25,323 nt of DNA from Octopus sinensis (taxonomy: Eukaryota): contig NW_021836200.1 in the NCBI RefSeq assembly GCF_006345805.1, forward strand, positions 1 through 25,323, given 5' to 3'. Positions within the stretch are counted from its first letter, which is position 1. Each line of letters opens with the position of its first letter. This document shows positions 21,213-25,323 of this stretch, piece by piece. Both the position numbers and the translations under genes were made by a program. Below the pieces are notes generated by a model. The model ran no database searches. It was not told the origin of the DNA and saw nothing but the letters and a program-made list of their open reading frames with translations.

Positions 21213-21699
21213 AATATAGCAAAGTACAGTCTTTTATTTTTTTGTTAGTGATCATACTTGTAGAGAGAAGCTGAAACTGCAGCTGTAGAGTTGGTAAAGT
21301 GACAATCGGAGATGTCAAATGTATGCGAGAGAAAGTAACAAGTTTATAATTACAGTAGGCTGTAGTATGTGGTTTTGCAAAGGCTGGAGTAGCAGGCATT
21401 TTGATCAACATGGCAATGCACTTTTCTTCTTTTTCTTTTTTTGTGCCGTAAATTTAGCGAGTAATTTATAATCAAGAGTAAAAAATAAAAAATAAAAAAC
21501 AAAACATATACCATATTGACCACACACACACACACACACACATTTGGTATAACATTAGTTTTCTGTTCTGAACTTTATATACGACAGTGAATCAATCACT
21601 GTCACAACACGCGACGGGTTGTTTTAGAAAAAGTAATTGGAAACAATGAAACGGAAATAATTTTAAATTTAATCCCATATATATGTTCGACATTAGCAC

Positions 21700-21734
<35 letters not shown>

Positions 21735-21744
21735 TACACACACA

Positions 21745-21775
<31 letters not shown>

Positions 21776-21893
21776 CGCATATATATATATATATATATAT
21801 TATATGCGTATCTTTGTGTGTATGTGTTTATATATATATATGAATGTGTGTATGTGTGTGTGTGTGTGCGCGCGCGCGCTTGTGTTTGTGTAT
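21700..21893. repeat. (TA)n(CA)n(TA)n(TG)n(CG)n compound dinucleotide tract
   Basis: Read directly. Confidence 0.95.
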
Positions 21894-22262
21894 GCACTAA
21901 TATCGAATAGTGAGAATGAGCGTTTAACACTGCATTAGTTGATAAATATTCCATGCTTGTGAGTTAACAAGGCTACCAATGGTTTCATGTTAAGGCGGAT
22001 CTCTTAACAATTATCAAGCCTGCCATATGGGAACGTTGGTAGTCGTCTCAATTTCGGGACGAACGTTCCCATGAGACAGACTTGAAGAATCTTAGCCAAA
22101 GGAATAGACGCCTGTACTTATTTTTATTTTTTAGGCTTGTTACTTATTCTATCGGTGTCTTTTGGCGAACTGCTAAGTTAAAGAGGTGAAAACACATTCA
22201 TTCCCGCACATATATTTACATATATATGCACACACACACACACACATTCTTTTGTTCTTCTA

Positions 22263-22727
22263 TTCTTTTACTTGTTTCTATAATTTGACTGCGGCTATGG
22301 TGGAGCACCGCCTTTAGTCGAAGAAATCGTCTCCAGGACTAATTCTTTGTAAGCCTAGTACTTATTTTATCGGTCTTTTTTGCCGAACCGCTAAGTGACG
22401 GGGATGTAAACACGCCAGCATCGTTTGTCAAGTGATGCTGGGTGGGGGACAAACACAGACACACAAACACACACAGACACACATACACACACACATACAC
22501 ACACACAGAAACACACACACAAGCACACGCACACATATATATATATATGTACATATATACGACGGGCTTCTTTCTGTTTCCCTTCTACCAAATTCACTCA
22601 CAAGGCTTTGGTCGGCCCGAAGCCATAGTACAAGACACTTGCACAAGGTGCTACGCAGTGGGACTGAACCCAGAACTATGTGGTTGGGGAAGAAACTTCT
22701 TACTAGACAGCCAATCCTGTGCCTATA
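22263..22727 (-). mobile_element. Full-length family B SINE with internal (CA)n (small extra fragment at 22133-22185)
   Basis: Minus-strand head GGCACAGGATTGGCTGTCTAGTAAGAAG...GGGTTCAGTCCC; colinear with the other copies. Confidence 0.92.
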
Positions 22728-23195
22728 TCTGAGTAATAAAGAAAGTATATTTTATAACTTTCAAGTTATCTTTCCAACACTGATTCCATAAAATGATTTT
22801 GAAGATAACGGAACATAGATGTGCATAAATATTTCTGGCTTTCTCAACGACATTAGTGACACATGTGCAGCAAAGTGTCTAAAATCTGTTTATCCATTTT
22901 GTGTAGAGTGTTAGTGAAACGTGCGTAGAATTTTCCCTGTTTATGTATTAATATTTGCGTTCGTGAAAACAAAAACAATTGTTAGCGTCTGATGTAAGAT
23001 CACGTACGTTCGTCGCTCAATAAACGAACTTCAAACAAGTTCTTTACTAATTCAGACACTGTCTATCTCTTTATTTATCTACGTCCTTGTTTATCTGCCT
23101 ATTTGTCAATGGCTCTTCCACTCCTACGCACCTCACTCACCTTTTAAACATGTATATATAAGTATATTACAAAGCTATCTTTCTTTCTCCATCCC

Positions 23196-23205
23196 TCTCT
23201 CTCTC

Positions 23206-23257
<52 letters not shown>

Positions 23258-23328
23258 ATATATATATATATATGTATATATATATAATATAATATAATAT
23301 AATATAATATGATATAGTATAATATAAA
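23196..23328. repeat. (CT)n(TA)n(ATATA)n microsatellite
   Basis: Read directly. Confidence 0.95.
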
Positions 23329-23554
23329 TTAGAGAAAAAAGCCACTATTATGCAATCAAACAATGATAGACATAAATCAAATATAAATAAAAAAAAAAAA
23401 ATATTTTTATAAAACATATAACTAGATCACAAAGAGTATAAAAATAAATAATCAATATATAATAAATAAAAAAAACTACGTACGTTTCATGGATATAATT
23501 AAATATAATTAATATATATATATGATCGAACGCTAGCCACTAAAGCTTTTTATA

Positions 23555-23712
23555 ATTCTCTCTCTGTTTATTTTCTCGTGTTCCTTTCTGTTGAAGAGCG
23601 TAGGCTCGAAACGTAAAAGACTTTCTCACCTTCCCGAGGGTTTAAACTAATACATCTGTTTGTTGTTTATATACTGTCTTCGTCTTGTGTTTTTTTTGTG
23701 TGTGTAAATTAC

Positions 23713-23716
<4 letters not shown>
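23555..23716 (+). mobile_element. PLE-type solo terminal repeat running into (TA)n
   Basis: Second copy at 9570-9685; carries an HHR motif. Confidence 0.75.
23584..23619 (+). ncRNA. Minimal type I hammerhead variant
   Basis: CUUU-CUGUUGA-A-GAGC-GUAG-GCUC-GAAA-CG-UA/AAAG; all stems pair, core A6->U. Confidence 0.65.

Positions 23717-23790
<74 letters not shown>
23716..23790. repeat. (TA)n microsatellite
   Basis: Read directly. Confidence 0.97.
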
Positions 23791-23793
<3 letters not shown>

Positions 23794-24002
23794 TCGATTA
23801 GAGGTTGTGTTAGCCTCATGAAGAGACAGTTTCACCCAAAGAAATAATACTGGTTCAATACCTAATATTTTGGGGGAATTAATTTCCATAAATATTCAAG
23901 TAGTATTAATTGAAACAGCTGTAAGGGATGATGATTGATTTGTGGTTAGTATTAAAGAATCATTAACTTCCCAATCTCCATTTTCTATTATTCGATTATT
24001 CC

Positions 24003-24432
24003 GTTACCTGTTTCAGTCATTTTACTGCGGCCATTCTGGAGCACCGCCTCAAAGATTTTAGTAGGACAAAACGACTCCAGGACTTAGTTTTTAAAGCCTA
24101 GTACTTATTTAATCGGTATCTTTTTGCCGAACCGCTAACTTACAGGGACATAAACACTAACAATGTTTGTCAAGCAGTGATGCGCGGACGAACACAGAAG
24201 CAAAGACACACGCACATGAGATATTTACACACACACACACACACACACAACACACACACACCACACACTATATTATATATAATATATATATATATATAAT
24301 ATATATACACAAATCCACTTACAAAGCTTTGGTCGGCCCGAGGTTATAGTAGAAGAACATGTCCAAGGTGCCCCGCAGTAGGACTGAACCCGGAACCATG
24401 TGGTTGGGGACTTCTCACCAGAGAGCCACGCC
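24003..24432 (-). mobile_element. Family B SINE, near full length
   Basis: Colinear with 22263-22727. Confidence 0.9.
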
Positions 24433-24484
24433 AAATGTAAGAGCTACTAATAGTTTCATGCTACTATGGTACTGGAACAGTACA

Positions 24485-24518
<34 letters not shown>

Positions 24519-24529
24519 AAACTAGCATT

Positions 24530-24695
24530 CCCTTGACTACGAAAAACAGGGTTCCAGTTGATGCAGTCAAAAGAACAGCCTACTCGTGAATTTAACGCGC
24601 AAGTGGTTGAGTACTCCACAGACATGCGTACCCTTAACGATTCGGCGAGATACAGAAAGTGACAAGGCTGGCCCTTTGTATAACAGTTACAATTC
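24530..24695 (-). mobile_element. Family C SINE 3' fragment
   Basis: GGTTCCAGTTGAT...CAAGTGGTTGAGTACTCCACAGACATGCGTACCCTTAACG matches 18839-18930. Confidence 0.85.
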
Positions 24696-24709
24696 GTTTT
24701 GCGATTTGA

Positions 24710-25135
24710 GAGCATTGTCATATTCATGTCCAAAACGCGCTCCTATGGAACTCACAAAAACAGGTTCCAGAGAAAGGGGAAAACAACTCTCATCACCAGA
24801 ATCAAAAGACTTAAGAAGAAAAATCAACCAATTAAAATCCTACAACCAACAGCATCCACATTCAAGAAGAATAAGAAAGTTTGAGAAAAAAATATCCTTT
24901 GGAGATCAGCTTGAAAACTCTCATCGACAACAAAAGAGCTGCAGAGGAAGAGTGGTTAATTAAAAAGATCAAACAGAGAACCTGAAAGTGTGTTATTCAG
25001 ATGCCAACAAGAATAGGACCGTTGTCTCATTCGTTGGTTCATTGATTGAAGAACACAGCATTCTCCAACATGACGCTAAAGAAATGGCAGACGTGCTGGA
25101 GTGGTAATCCTGCCCTATTTTTAGTGACCCTACTG
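24710..25135 (+). pseudogene. CR1-type LINE ORF2 fragment (endonuclease-RT linker), frameshifted
   Basis: AAEEEWLIKKIK/ENLKVCYSDANKNRTVVSFVGSLIEEHSILQHDAKEMADVLEW*SCPIFSDP fits the KxNPKxFYSY...VGPL...EMAxxLxxxFxSVF motif. Confidence 0.75.
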
Positions 25136-25210
25136 ATATTCTGACGCAAGTGATGTGACGAATATATTATCTCGGACATAACTACACTCTGCTAAGCGTA
25201 TTTCTTTAGA

Positions 25211-25323
25211 AGGCGGCGAGCTGGCAGAAACGTTAGCATGCCGGGCGAAATGTGTAGCCGTATTTCGTCTGCCGTTACGTTCTGAGTTCAAATTCCGTCA
25301 AGGTCGACTTTGCCTTTCATCAT
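25211..25323 (+). mobile_element. Family A SINE 5' part (runs off the window)
   Basis: GGCGGCGAGCTGGCAGAAACGTTAGC...GAGTTCAAATTCC...GGTCGACTTTGCCTTTCATC. Confidence 0.9.

Overview
AT-rich, repeat-saturated eukaryotic DNA, probably intergenic or intronic. The SINE families and microsatellite load look like an octopus (coleoid cephalopod) genome; this is inferred from recalled family resemblance, not proven. No intact host gene is visible, and almost all ORF-track entries are microsatellite artefacts. Recognisable coding remnants are a 5'-truncated Penelope-like element (PLE) with an open GIY-YIG endonuclease, two R4/Dong-type restriction-like-endonuclease (RLE) retrotransposon 3' ends next to (AAT)n, an RTE 3' end, a CR1-type fragment and two weak Tc1/mariner remnants. 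There are also many tRNA-derived SINEs, two hAT-type MITEs and a Helitron-like element. The main signal is a set of hammerhead ribozyme (HHR) motifs. (1) A 429-bp-period direct repeat carries two type I HHRs with complete cores, the layout of a retrozyme/circRNA cassette, plus a 15-nt microexon-like unit. (2) A candidate non-circularly permuted HHR lies at 10039-10106 (-), with its three strands in reversed order. (3) Several minimal PLE-type HHRs occur, including one at the centre of a 145-bp-arm fold-back palindrome. All structures were paired by hand and none has been tested.
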